A stretch of 63,069 nucleotides of DNA, the filler included, from Craspedostauros australis (Eukaryota): the NCBI GenBank assembly GCA_030167865.1. It is 4 parts of 4 records of this genome, joined end to end, with 100 filler letters (N's around TTAATTAATTAA, not from the genome) between each part and the next. Parts side by side here need not be neighbours in the genome. Positions count along the whole stretch, not along the records: positions 1 to 31,134 come from JALAGF010004989.1; 3 more parts are not named here. One strand, 5' to 3'. Below the pieces are notes generated by a model. It did not search any database, was not told the DNA's origin, and was given only the letters and a program-made list of their open reading frames with translations. Below are positions 1-10,565 of this stretch, piece after piece. Numbering within the stretch: the first letter of the stretch is position 1; each line of letters opens with the position of its first letter. The translations under genes and the position numbers were made by a program.

Positions 1-304
1 CTACCTTGCACAACACGCCTTCGTGGGCGCGTTGCGATCGCCGGATTTCGACCCAGTCTCACACTTGTCTGCTACGGCAGCACTTCCAACTTCGTCTGCA
101 CTATTAGCCGCCCAGCTTTGAGGGTGTCCCGCTGTGGGGAGACGCGGGAGATGACAACTTTCCGTCATAGTGCTCTTGAGCAGGTGGTCCACGGTCGTAG
201 CGTAGGGGAGTATCAGCANNNNNNNNNNNNNNNNNNNNNNNNNNNNNNNNNNNNNNNNNNNNNNNNNNNNNNNNNNNNNNNNNNNNNNNNNNNNNNNNNN
301 NNNN

Positions 305-342
305 TTCTAACTGAGGTTCCGGGTTCGAATCCCGGCATGGTA
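305..342 (+). tRNA. tRNA-like 3' half (tRNA gene, pseudogene or SINE head); 5' part hidden in N gap; isotype unresolved, possibly Arg(TCT)
   Basis: Perfect T-arm CCGGG-TTCGAAT-CCCGG (319-335) containing a Pol III B-box GTTCGAATCC. Preceded by TTCTAA (anticodon-loop-like) and followed by CATGGTA and T-rich CTTTGCTTTTG. Spacing from the putative anticodon to the T-arm is 1-2 nt short of canonical. Confidence 0.45.
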
Positions 343-385
343 CTTTGCTTTTGCTCACCCCTTGTGATTTTACGATAGTGCTCTT

Positions 386-3281
386 TCAAAAAGTGTGAGT
401 CAATCGCATCAAGGATGCGTCGTGGTTGTTTGGATACAGCGAGGATATCGTCGGTGTACACGAGCACGTATTCGTAATACTCTGACCCATCGCTCGCAAC
501 AGCAGGCTTCATCCAGACGTCGCTGTCAGCACGACAGGATGTGAATCCCAACGAATCGCGCAATGTCTCTGCTAAGTGTGCTCTCCATGCTGCTCCGCTT
601 GACTTCAGTCCATACAGGGCTCGACAAATGATTGCGATCTTCCCCTGATCGGATCCAAACTCCGGACCGCATCGTGTGTATATGCGTTCCCGACATGGAG
701 CATTGAGGTAAGCATTCTGCACATCCGCGGCAAGGATATCCAGATTGTTGAGTGCGGCGATCAAGAACGCAATGCGTACGCTTTCGCGTGAAACCACACT
801 CGCGTATGTGATCGTTGCAGGTGCTTCCGTCATGTGTCCCCCAGCGACAAGCCGCGCCTTTCTTGTGAGGTCCACCTTGACGGCGAATATCATATGGCAT
901 TCCATGTATTGGTAGCCCACGGGATCAGGAGTATTAAGTTCCTTAATATCGAACGCTGGTCGGACAGCTTTCATCTCCTTTGCAATAGCTTGTCGCCACA
1001 GATCCGTGCCTGTAGCTGCATCGATCGCAAGTGCATGACGCACTGAGGTAGGGAGCTCCACGCCAAACATCTCGTTCTTTCGGACGTGTCGTCGCTTCGT
1101 TGCCATGATGATGCGTTGTCGTTTGCGTAGGGTGTGTGGCACCCACCACTTGAATGCAGGTTCGTTGACGAGCTTGTTGTCTGCAGCGTATTCGGCAACG
1201 CGTACGGGGTCGGCTTCTTTTGCGTCGCGTAGGTGGATCCAGGATGTGGACCCGTCCTTCCATCGGATGCAAAGCTTCCAACCTTTTGTGGATTTGGAAT
1301 GGGGAGAAGGAGAAGAAACAGAGGGCAAGCGTTTGTGGTCGATGATTTCGTCCATCAGCACAGTTGTGTATCCGTCGTCATCGATGCGCGCGTAGATGTT
1401 CTCCGCAATTTGATTGGCGCTGAACACCTCATAGTGTCCATCAAGGAATTCGACTTCATATTGGGCGGTGTCAAGCATAGGGTTTGGATGAGAGTGGCCG
1501 ATGAGGTTGCCTTCTGTGTCTCGTTTGCGTTGTTTGACTATTCCGTGTTGCATTTCGTCCCCTGTCGGTAGAATAACTTTGGTAGCAATGTATTTGTCGA
1601 AGGTTGCACTGTCGACATCATCTGGCTCCACGATTGGTTCTAGTGGTTCGGTGTTCTGCAGGATGGCGATGTCTGCTGCAGTATCGTCAACATCGTTGCC
1701 GTCATCGTCGATTGTGATGCCCTCCATTCGTTGTTTCCATTTGGACCGAAGTGTGTCCATGAACTCGTTGCATTTGTATGTGATGACATCGCTATGTGTA
1801 TCATCGTGAGATAGCGGCAAAACAGAGGATTTGGAAACAACAATGCCGTTGGCAGTGAGGATGTACGAGCACATGGCGTCACCAACAGAGCGACTTGGCC
1901 CAAGGTAGCGACCAAGTTGCTTGACGTTCATGGATGCGTCCTGGATGTTGATATACCACACAAAGTCAAACCAGCCGAATTCAGCAATGTGAGAGATGTC
2001 AGCCGTGTCACCGGACAGGATGGTAGCCGGTGTTTCGCCGTGAAGATCATGGATGGCGAGTGCAGTGTGACTGCGTATCTCGGCACAGTATTCGAAGCAA
2101 TAGTCCCATAGGTACTCTGGTGTATCGGTCGAGGTCATCAGCCGCCGATAGTGACGTCAAAGCTCACGAATGGTTGCTTCTGCTTTGTTCTGATTGTGGA
2201 TGTATGCTTCGATCGGTCGGATGGAAACTTGTGCTTTGTGTAGTTTGCGGCGGAATTCGCCAGCGACAAGTTCCTTGGCATTGTCAGGGATGATGGTATG
2301 TGGGATGCCGTGGTCACGAAACAGTTCGTCGAGTGTGCGATGTGCTTCCTTGCGTTCCGCCATTGGGTACACCCGGACCCAGTGAAACGGTGTACAGTAG
2401 ATCATGGCGCATTTGTTGCCACGAATCGACTTGGTCTTTGCGTGCATGGTGTCGGCGTAGAGTTGGGTGTTGAGCCGACGATATCGTAGTTGCATGGCGT
2501 AAGGATTGAGACGGCGTGTTCCTGATGAGTGACGAAAGTCGCGAATGGCCAATTGTGTTGTTGCGTCCAGGGTACGTGCAGCGGCTTCCGTTCCGATGCG
2601 CCAGCGTTGTGCGAGGACATCGGGTGTGATAGTCCCCTTTCGATTGGATGTGTGCGTGCCTTGGATGCTGATGGACGATATGGTTCGATGTGATGAGAGA
2701 GACGCTCGAATGGCGTCTTCGTCGTCCCCTGACGACCACTGGGAGGGGTCCCATGTGGCCTCTTGTGTCATCAAGATATGGATGCAGTCACGATCGGATT
2801 GGACTTCTTGTTGTGTTGGCTTTCTCATATGGAAGTATGATACAGTGCCTTGCAATCGTAGAGGGATGTGTAGGTCGTCGTCGGATGAGACCACAGAATG
2901 GTCTTCCGGTTTCCGTTCATGCTCTTTGATCATGAGCAGAGGAACATCATTCACGACTATACCCGCAGCCCTCATTTGGTTGGGACACAACAAAGGATGC
3001 TCAAGACGAGGAAAGTAGATCGATTGTGGAAAGAAAAGAATGAATGTTTGATATGTAATTGGATCATCGTATGCTATCGCAGCTGTGACGATTGGTGCAT
3101 TATCGATGGACCCAAGTGAGTCAATGAAAGGAGTTGCAGTGACAGTTTGATCGGTCTGATGTACAATGTACGCAGTGTCACCAAAACAGCATGTATCTGC
3201 ATGCGAATCGAGCTCTGCCCGTGGGGTATCAGATGACAGAGACATGCTGACGGATGTGAGCCGCCGAATGTGACTTTGTGG
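386..3281 (-). pseudogene. pol: pol (protease-integrase-RT), interrupted by an in-frame TGA at 2157-2159 and truncated in RT
   Basis: ORFs 2157-3245 and 213-2138 share a frame and read ATIREL*RHYRRLMTST..YLWDYC across the stop, a continuous integrase C-terminal core. After ..AIDSHFL the ORF runs into unrelated sequence. Confidence 0.85.
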
Positions 3282-4790
3282 TCAGGAACGTCCTTGTTGG
3301 TTGCGGCGGGTGGCCATGCTGCCGATTCCGGCCTGGTTGTTGGTACCGGACGGACTGCCGCCTGGGGTGGCAGCATCGGTTGGCCCGTAATGGCCAGCTG
3401 TCTCCTCATGAGGACGTTTCGATGGCGTGTTTTGGCCCACTGACATGACCCCACAGCGCTTGTCTCGTTCCGCATGCATCTCAAGTGCCTTGGTTTTCTG
3501 TGCGGATGACATGACCAACCATTCGTCGGGTGAATAGTGGCGGTCAGTGATGACCATGTTCGGATCATATTTCTTGGGTTTGCCTTGGCCTCCGCGACCG
3601 CCCTTGCTTGGTGTTCCATTGCGGTTGCCACGACCGCCTTTGCTGCGATCCATCGAGCCAATGGAACGTCTGGGTGATGCGATTTGCTTGTGGTCAATGA
3701 CTTTGCTGAGGACGTTAATGGCCCCGGGCAAGTCTTCACGAAGGGTTTCGTTGATCTTGATGGCAACGCATGCGCTGTCGAGACGAGAATCACGAATACC
3801 GTCGAGGAAGTGGCGCACTTTTGCCGCATTCACTAACGGTTCGCCGCATCGTGCCATGTCCTCGAATGCGCCTTTCATGATCTGTGCGTATCGTTCGAAT
3901 GAGAACTGGCGTGACTTGCCGTCATAGAAGCTGGTTGCAATTGTCTTGGATGCTGCTGCCTTGGTGCGCGCCTGAAAGGAGTCGCCGTGATAGTGCTCCT
4001 TGAGAGCAATGAATGCTGCACGACCATTGCGTGCGCGCTCGAAGCCTTGGACCCAAGCCCATGCAGGTCCGCCGTGAGTGACATGGCGAACAACTTGCCA
4101 TACTTTGGCATTGTCTGCGTCGTAGCGGATGCCTTCATGGATTGCACGATCGATCAGCTCCTCCTTCATGGTGGGCACGCCAAACCCATCATTGATGGCA
4201 GGTGTGCGGTCTTCGGGTTTACGTGAGTCCTCACGGATCACATAGGAGAGCGGAGTGTCGAGTGCGCCATGTGTATTCTCCAAGTAGTTCTGAATGTCTT
4301 TGAGGCTATCACGGACACGGTCTACTTTGACCAGCCGTTCTGGCATGTCCATCTCGGTTTCCTTCTTAATGCGTTGTTCCTCGAGAAAGAGCTCCCATAG
4401 CGCAACGAGGCGATCCATGGGCGCCTCTGCCGCCGTGAAAGGGCGTTGAATACGCTGGAAGTGGAATCGTGCATAGCAAAGTTGGCGCAGCTTCGTCTCG
4501 TGAACCCAACCAACACTTATACCTGGGTCCTTGATTTGCGGTGGTATGTTGCCTTTGGCTCCTGCCTTGTATGCGGGGTTTTCGATGAACCCGCTACCGT
4601 CACAGATGCGCTTGCACAGGGCAGTAACGCCTTTGTCGGTGATGGAGAGGAAATCGTCGAATTTGGTCAAGCCTTGATCCTCCAAAGCATCGACGATGTC
4701 ATCATCAGGGAAACTGAGTATGTTCTTGCAATAGTCACGTATCTCGTTGACGTTGGGGTTTGCTGCGGCTGACATGTTGCTAATGTTCAT
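3282..4790 (-). CDS. gag: Gag-like protein of the CoDi-type copia element
   Basis: Long ORF immediately upstream of pol, with motifs PLSYVIRE, DNAKVW, NGRAAFIALKEHYHG, YDGKSRQFSFERY and KVRHFLDGI, plus a basic Gly/Arg-rich C-terminus without a CCHC knuckle. First ATG at 4790 (alternative 4775). Confidence 0.8.
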   Translation of the reverse strand: MNISNMSAAANPNVNEIRDYCKNILSFPDDDIVDALEDQGLTKFDDFLSITDKGVTALCKRICDGSGFIENPAYKAGAKGNIPPQIKDPGISVGWVHETKLRQLCYARFHFQRIQRPFTAAEAPMDRLVALWELFLEEQRIKKETEMDMPERLVKVDRVRDSLKDIQNYLENTHGALDTPLSYVIREDSRKPEDRTPAINDGFGVPTMKEELIDRAIHEGIRYDADNAKVWQVVRHVTHGGPAWAWVQGFERARNGRAAFIALKEHYHGDSFQARTKAAASKTIATSFYDGKSRQFSFERYAQIMKGAFEDMARCGEPLVNAAKVRHFLDGIRDSRLDSACVAIKINETLREDLPGAINVLSKVIDHKQIASPRRSIGSMDRSKGGRGNRNGTPSKGGRGGQGKPKKYDPNMVITDRHYSPDEWLVMSSAQKTKALEMHAERDKRCGVMSVGQNTPSKRPHEETAGHYGPTDAATPGGSPSGTNNQAGIGSMATRRNQQGRS

Positions 4791-4862
4791 GTATGATGTT
4801 GTTGATGAGGATGAGAGAGACGTAGTGAAGGGAGAGAGAGATTGTGTTGTCAAGAAAATCAC

Positions 4863-5449
4863 ACTGGGACATGGTGTGTTTTCGACATGAAAAGTGTTTC
4901 AACGTGTGTTTTTCACGGTGTCAATCCACGATGAGAAGCACAAACCGGGCGATAAGGCACACGATCTTTTCGCTGATGACAGCGTGTGTCTCAGTAGGGA
5001 TTTCCGTGTGACCTACGGTCGGTGCGTCCACCAGTGTCATCAACACCTCGCAACGCGAACGGTGAGATTGCATCCCGCTGATGCCGGTCACTCTGCATCA
5101 GCACACCATGGTCAAAGAGGATGCAGCACAGTACAAGCAGTGCCGGCTTGGTGACGGTCCACCCTCGGAGCGGGGTCCCAGTATTATCGTCGCCTCTTCA
5201 GGCGGTCCCTGCACGCTCGCACATGCCCGCATGAGCGGATGAGAATGATAAACCAAGTTACGACACACGTGAAACTGATTTAGAGTGAAAAAGAGTAAAG
5301 ATGCAGATTATGAGTCTTATCGATGTCGTATGCGTCAGTGCAGTTGTCTCATGTCTGTGTTGTCGGTGATTGGTAGTAGTGGCTATCGTGTAACGCCGTT
5401 TCAACGGTTTCGTACATATCCCGGTTTGTTTGACGACGAAGAAATCACA
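4863..5449 (-). other. Probable 5' UTR and 5' LTR region of the copia element (boundaries unverified)
   Basis: Non-coding stretch between the gag start and the next host gene. On the minus strand TGTGATTTC (from 5449) to GGTTTATCA (to 5246) gives a TG...CA bounded ~200-bp segment, but no second LTR is present to confirm it. Confidence 0.3.
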
Positions 5450-5747
5450 GTGTTCACCTCACTTCCTCATTAAATGAGAATTTTACGTTTTGCAAGAATC
5501 GCCAATGGCTGTCACAGCATTGTCGCCGTTGCCGTTATTTTGCGCAACGCCAAATTTGAATTGCACAGGTCCTCGGAACTTATGGCGACCTTGGAGCTGT
5601 TGGGCTACGCTGCACGCGCCATACTGTGCATTCAACAACATTCATCAACGTGCAACATAAAGAAATATAGTCACACACTCTGCAACAAGCCCCTCTGCGC
5701 ATCCTGCAATCATCAACGACGAGCACTCTTCTCTGTAGTCGTGCACG

Positions 5748-6851
5748 ATGGTCAAGCCACCCACCAAGTCGTCTTCTGCCAACAAACACAAATCGAAGAG
5801 GCGCGCCGCAGCTGCTTCCGCCGCGTCCGGCAAACCAGACAGCCAACCAGACAGCCAACCAGCTCCTCCGACGAAAACGAAAAAAGTCTCGAAGAAGAGA
5901 AGGATCTCGACAGCACTGCTTGTAATCTGCGCTTGCATCGCAGCGTGGAATGATCAGAAACTTCGGCTGAGTGATGTCATCAGAACGTCCACCTTGTTTC
6001 CAACAACGGATAGCGACGAAACGCATGCTCTCTCTTCGTCGGTTGGCGTTGAGCCGGATGACGACTTTCCGCAAAGGAACGTGAGGATCGCGTTTGTGGG
6101 AGACTCGCTGACGCGGTACACTTACCTCACTCTGGTGCACTACCTCCACTTCAACGAATGGCCAAAGCACAACGATCGGTTCGTGACGTTGGCTCCGAGG
6201 TCCAACTCGCGACAATGGAATGAATTCTTCAACTATACGTCTTCTCTGGTTCATCCGCATGAGTCCTGCGACTGCTACAGAAACTGGCCACGGCGGTTCC
6301 AATACTCTGAACACGTCGAGAATCGGTACTACATCGACGACGAACGCAACATCAAGATCATCTTCATCGGCAAATTCGGCAGGAACCCCACTCACGGTCA
6401 CTGGACTCCGGATCTGATCCAAGCGTCTCCGCAGCCGCTCAACTTCACCACCCGCCCGTACGCGTGGACCCATCCCAGCTACTCCGATCTCATTCGAGAA
6501 TACGTCCAACCCTTCGAACCGGACTACTTCATCCTCAACGAAGGCCACTGGCCAGACCACACATTAAAAGATCCTGCGGTGGTGCAAGAAATCCGTGACA
6601 CCCTCAATGGAACCGGCATCACGGGCATCTACCGAACGACGTCTTCTCGCCATGACGACATGGAATTCGGTCAGCACGATGCTCACGTCTGCTCGATGAT
6701 GGACTACTGTTGGAATGTGAGCTGGACCAAGGAGTTGCCCAAGAACGCGAGCAACTTCGTAGACTACGTGCATCTTCATGCCGAGCCCAATATTGGCATG
6801 GTACAGCAGCTGCTCGATATCCTCCACGACATCAGAAAGAACCCGAAATAA
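5748..6851 (+). CDS. Type II membrane SGNH/GDS(L)-type esterase or acyltransferase-like protein
   Basis: 367 aa: basic N-tail, one hydrophobic anchor (ALLVICACIAAW), RIAFVGDSLTRY (GDS nucleophile block), ILNEGHW, and C-terminal DYVH (DxxH). Confidence 0.7.
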   Translation: MVKPPTKSSSANKHKSKRRAAAASAASGKPDSQPDSQPAPPTKTKKVSKKRRISTALLVICACIAAWNDQKLRLSDVIRTSTLFPTTDSDETHALSSSVGVEPDDDFPQRNVRIAFVGDSLTRYTYLTLVHYLHFNEWPKHNDRFVTLAPRSNSRQWNEFFNYTSSLVHPHESCDCYRNWPRRFQYSEHVENRYYIDDERNIKIIFIGKFGRNPTHGHWTPDLIQASPQPLNFTTRPYAWTHPSYSDLIREYVQPFEPDYFILNEGHWPDHTLKDPAVVQEIRDTLNGTGITGIYRTTSSRHDDMEFGQHDAHVCSMMDYCWNVSWTKELPKNASNFVDYVHLHAEPNIGMVQQLLDILHDIRKNPK

Positions 6852-7747
6852 GGCAGGCCAGAGTCAAGCGCCCGAATCCGGCTCCGACAGTTACGAGAGT
6901 GCGCATCGTATGTCGAGACAACCATTGCATAATTTGATGTAATGCACTGTAGTTGGAAGCAACGGTAATATGATACATTGTGCAATTATACAATCTGTAC
7001 AACCGAAAATAACGGTCTTCTTCACAGACACAAACAACGTTCCGTTTGGTCATCACAGAGCAGAACATTGGTATCACTTGACAAGAGCGTCCCAGATGCA
7101 GACGAAACAAGTGACAACGTTTTCTGCATTCGTGCGTCTTTCACGCGACACGGTTCGACACATCACGTCACATTCTGCGCGCCACGTTCGCGGAATCCAA
7201 TCGCAACGAACGCAGCCCGACGATGACTCGTTTGTTCTTTTGTGCACCATGTCGCTGGACGATACCGTAGTACGTACCATCGATCGTATTACAAAGAACA
7301 CGAGAAAAGACTCTGGCGGAGTGTGTGTCCGAGGAACGGACTTGCTCAACAGGACTGCTCCACCGTCCCATGCATGCCATGCGACCTCCGAGTGCCATAC
7401 TTTCTCACGACGGAGAGGTGGGAACTGTCAGAACAAGAGAACTGGTGGGAGTTGGAAGCTTCTCGATTCGGTGAGAATGAATGCAGTTGATGAATCTTCG
7501 TTGTGCTCTGTGCTCTGGTGTCACCTCCAGCCAAGAGTACTTCAAAGTGCTGCAACCCTGTGGATTTCCGTCTCAGAGGATGTTTCACTTCTATTATTTT
7601 ATATGCCTTCCCCCGCACTTGGTCCACACCCATCTCATCCATCATCGCCTGTCACCATCCATCGTCGCTTCCGTTTCCGGCTGTGCGCATTGACCTCAAA
7701 CATCACCAGACAATCATCAACATCGGAGAGCGACAACACAACGCAGA

Positions 7748-8815
7748 ATGACGCGTGCAATGGTGATCACGTTGCTAGCATGCTGGTGTTGTGCTCGGAG
7801 CATGGAAAGTGCACTTGCTTTCTCGGCGCTCAACGTCCGGCCACGGGTGCGCAGCGCTCACGAACAGCCACGTTGCAGACACCACTATGACAGACTTCGT
7901 CGCAACTGTAACCAACAAAAGCAGCAGAGACGGGATCAGTCTACGGCTCTGCAAGGGGTTGGCATTGAAGTGCAATCGGCATTGTCCCATATGGATGCAT
8001 ACTGGCAGGCATTCCCGTACACGGCCGCTGCCATCGTGTGCGGTATCAAGGCCTCTGCCGCAGACATGATCGCACAGTCCTCTGAAACGCAGCTGCATAC
8101 CCTGAGCATTGACGATGGGAATGCAGTTATGACAAGCGTTGAAACTTCAGCGCGAGAATCAAACTCAGGCTTCATGCCAAAGTCTTCATTCCTGCCGCAG
8201 TTCGACATCGGCCGCAATTTTGCATTCGTGGTGTACGGGGTATTGTACCAGGGCCTCGCGCAGGAGCACATCCTCAATCATCTGTACCCCGTGTGGTTCG
8301 GATCCGGGACGGAAGCCAGCGTGGTAATGGTGAAGGTGGCATTCAACCTGCTCATCCAGACAACTTTCGTCGCGTTGCCTATTGCGTACATTATCAAGGC
8401 TCTCATCGCACGCGACCCCTTGTCCACGGCGCTCGGCAAGTACATCTACGATATCCGAGAGCAGGGACTATTGACCAAGTGCTTCCTGCTGTGGACGCCA
8501 GTGAACTGCGTCATATTCAGCGTGGTGCCAGAGCATTGGAGAGTCACTGCCACTGCGATGGTGTCGTTCTTTTGGTTGATCGGGCTATCCATCATATCAT
8601 CGACCGAAGAAGCAGCTCCTGTTGATGTCACCGCGACAACAGCAATATCATCAGTTGCACTGGCAGACGGAAAAGTGATGGAGCCATCGATGGCCGCTGT
8701 TGAAAATCCATCTTGGATTTCACGAAAGCCCTCGTCCGTGTATGCACGGATGTCGTCTCCAATCGTCAGTTCAGATCAACGGCAGCCGCAAAAGGAAACA
8801 TCATTGCGGAGATGA
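7748..8815 (+). CDS. Mpv17/PMP22 family membrane protein, probably plastid-targeted
   Basis: Motifs IKASAADMIAQ, DIGRNFAFVVYG, LLWTPVNCVIFSVVPEHWRV and VSFFWLIGLS. Signal peptide ending ALA-FS resembles the diatom ASAFAP motif and is followed by an Arg-rich transit-like segment. Confidence 0.8.
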   Translation: MTRAMVITLLACWCCARSMESALAFSALNVRPRVRSAHEQPRCRHHYDRLRRNCNQQKQQRRDQSTALQGVGIEVQSALSHMDAYWQAFPYTAAAIVCGIKASAADMIAQSSETQLHTLSIDDGNAVMTSVETSARESNSGFMPKSSFLPQFDIGRNFAFVVYGVLYQGLAQEHILNHLYPVWFGSGTEASVVMVKVAFNLLIQTTFVALPIAYIIKALIARDPLSTALGKYIYDIREQGLLTKCFLLWTPVNCVIFSVVPEHWRVTATAMVSFFWLIGLSIISSTEEAAPVDVTATTAISSVALADGKVMEPSMAAVENPSWISRKPSSVYARMSSPIVSSDQRQPQKETSLRR

Positions 8816-8989
8816 GAATGCAAGTATTTCTGAGAAGCTCAGAAAACTTAGACGGCATGTGCCACACTTCCTATGAACAGATTTTGTCCTACCGCCACAA
8901 CAGCAACATGGGATGAAAAATGATCTAGTTCATTCCATTCATTTGCAGCTACAATATTGAGAGTCGATTTTTTGTTGAGTATTCTATTA

Positions 8990-10565
8990 TTACCGTCCCA
9001 AACTGTTCAGCTTCTCCACCTTCTGTTGCAGAGGAGCTGGCCACTCCAGCTTCTCCGACAGATAATCCTTGTTCTTGAATCTGGAACAGCCGATCTCCAA
9101 TGGGCCCAAACCGCCGGCATCATCGATACTGAATTTCAATGCATTCGTTTTTGGCGGCGGAATGCTACCTGTTCGTTTGTTGCGCGCAATCGCGTCCTCA
9201 GCCAGCTGGTCCAACCGCGTGCAGGCCGTGGACAACTGCGTCTCCGCCTCGGCACGGTTACCGGCATCCCACAGGACGCTCGCGAGCGCGATGCGGGCCT
9301 CACCCTCCTTGGCGATGACACGCTGCAGCAGCTTGATATCGCGTCCTTCCACCGACGTGGTGCGCGCGATGGCCTTCTGCAGCACGTTCTTGGCACGTTC
9401 CGTGTCCTGCGTGCTTGCCAGATCGATGCCGGCATCGAGCATGGAGATGACGGATCGCGCGCGGTCACCGATATCGTCAAAGAAATCCGACGCCATGATG
9501 TGGACGCGCGCAGCCTCGTCGTATTCACCCGCCAGTCGCAGCGAGGTTCCCCATTCCCATGCCGCGTATGGATTGCGCATGGCACCGTCCTCTTCCAGCT
9601 CCGCGTCCGTGTCCCAATCTTCACGTGCGGACAGACGCAGGGAGATCTGGTAGTCTGTGGCGGCAGTCTTGGCCTGTTCCGACGTCACCTGAATGCCCTG
9701 GCTGCGGATGGCACGAGCCTGTCCCAAAAAGGCGGCTGGCAATTCGGTGGGATCGGCATCCGATTGATCCTGTGCCGATTGCAACAAACGGATGGCTTCA
9801 CCGTAATCCTTTTCAGCATCCTGCGGTCGTGCCATGGCCTGTCATCGCGAGTATTGTTGTTGTTGTCGTCGTCGTTTCACCGCATTGCCATTAATTGAGG
9901 AAGTGCGATGGATGGCATTGAAAGAGTCCATGTGGGCGCTTGTGTGAGCGCTTGTGTGCGTGAGACTAACAGTGCTTGTTGAGCATGCATTGCAGGCATC
10001 CTCATTGCTCCATGCCAATCTGTCCATCAACAACAGCACAACAGTACAACAGCCCAATCCAAAACGGAATGAAATGAAAGGAAAAGCGACCATCCCATCA
10101 TCTCCACGTGATGCATACGCCAAGATACGACCCGCCGCACATACCTACCATGTAACAATCTCCGCGCACGCGGTACAATCCCGCCTTCTCATCATCGGGC
10201 TGTCGCTGCCACGCAGCAATGACCTGGTTGAAGAGCTGCTCCGAACGTTCCAGATCGCGGTCCACACCGTAGAACACGGCAAAGGCTTCGCGCAGCAACT
10301 TGATTTCGCCGTTGGTGGGCGGTGCGGGGCCGGCGGACAGCAGCGTCGATGATGAGAGGAAGGATTCCACGCCATGCGTGAGGGCGCTGATGCGTTCATT
10401 GCCGACGGTCAGCTGCTGCGCAGCGGCATGCGAGACGGCGATCGTCGCAGCGTCTGCCGTGGGTGGTGGAAGATCCGTCAGGATTGCGGATAGCGACGTC
10501 GATGGGCAGCTCGGAGGCTGGTTGACCGTGGTCAGAAACGAGATGAGGAACGGCGAGAACTTCAT
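8990..10565 (-). CDS. TPR-repeat protein; 2 exons (10565-10149, 9838-8990)
   Basis: A GTAGGT...CAG intron (10148-9839) joins AGLYRVRGDCYM to AMARPQDAEKDYGEAIRL, forming a continuous TPR. Further helical repeats include AAFLGQARA and YAAWEWGTSLRLAGEYDEAA. Confidence 0.75.

Larger units (their letters stand above)
386..5449 (-). mobile_element. Ty1/copia LTR retrotransposon, diatom CoDi-type, 3'-truncated (no RT C-terminus, RNase H or 3' LTR)
   Basis: Domain order gag-PR-INT-RT. Protease AELDSHADTCC; integrase D,D,E in LYADTM / IIPDNAKE / NKAEATIRE; RT motifs RKARLVAGGH, ADVQNAYLNA, ALYGLKSSGAAW and LVYTDDIL. RT similarity stops near 386. The 5' boundary is approximate. Confidence 0.92.

Noticed and set aside
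5..16. 12-mer CTTGCACAACAC shared with 61719-61730
   Set aside because: The two copies are on different contigs and the similarity does not extend; compatible with chance.
1..192. WAANSADEVGSAAVA as a continuation of the copia RT beyond the insert
   Set aside because: Only a superficial resemblance, in a different frame, and the expected YLG motif is absent.
213..385. C-terminal KEHYRKITRGEQKQSTMPGFEPGTSVR of the RT ORF as genuine Pol sequence
   Set aside because: It is the antisense translation of the tRNA-like T-arm and its flank; RT similarity ends near 386.
6970..7890. 306-aa ORF overlapping the start of the Mpv17 gene
   Set aside because: No recognisable motif, composition looks like translated intergenic DNA, and it overlaps a better-supported gene in another frame.
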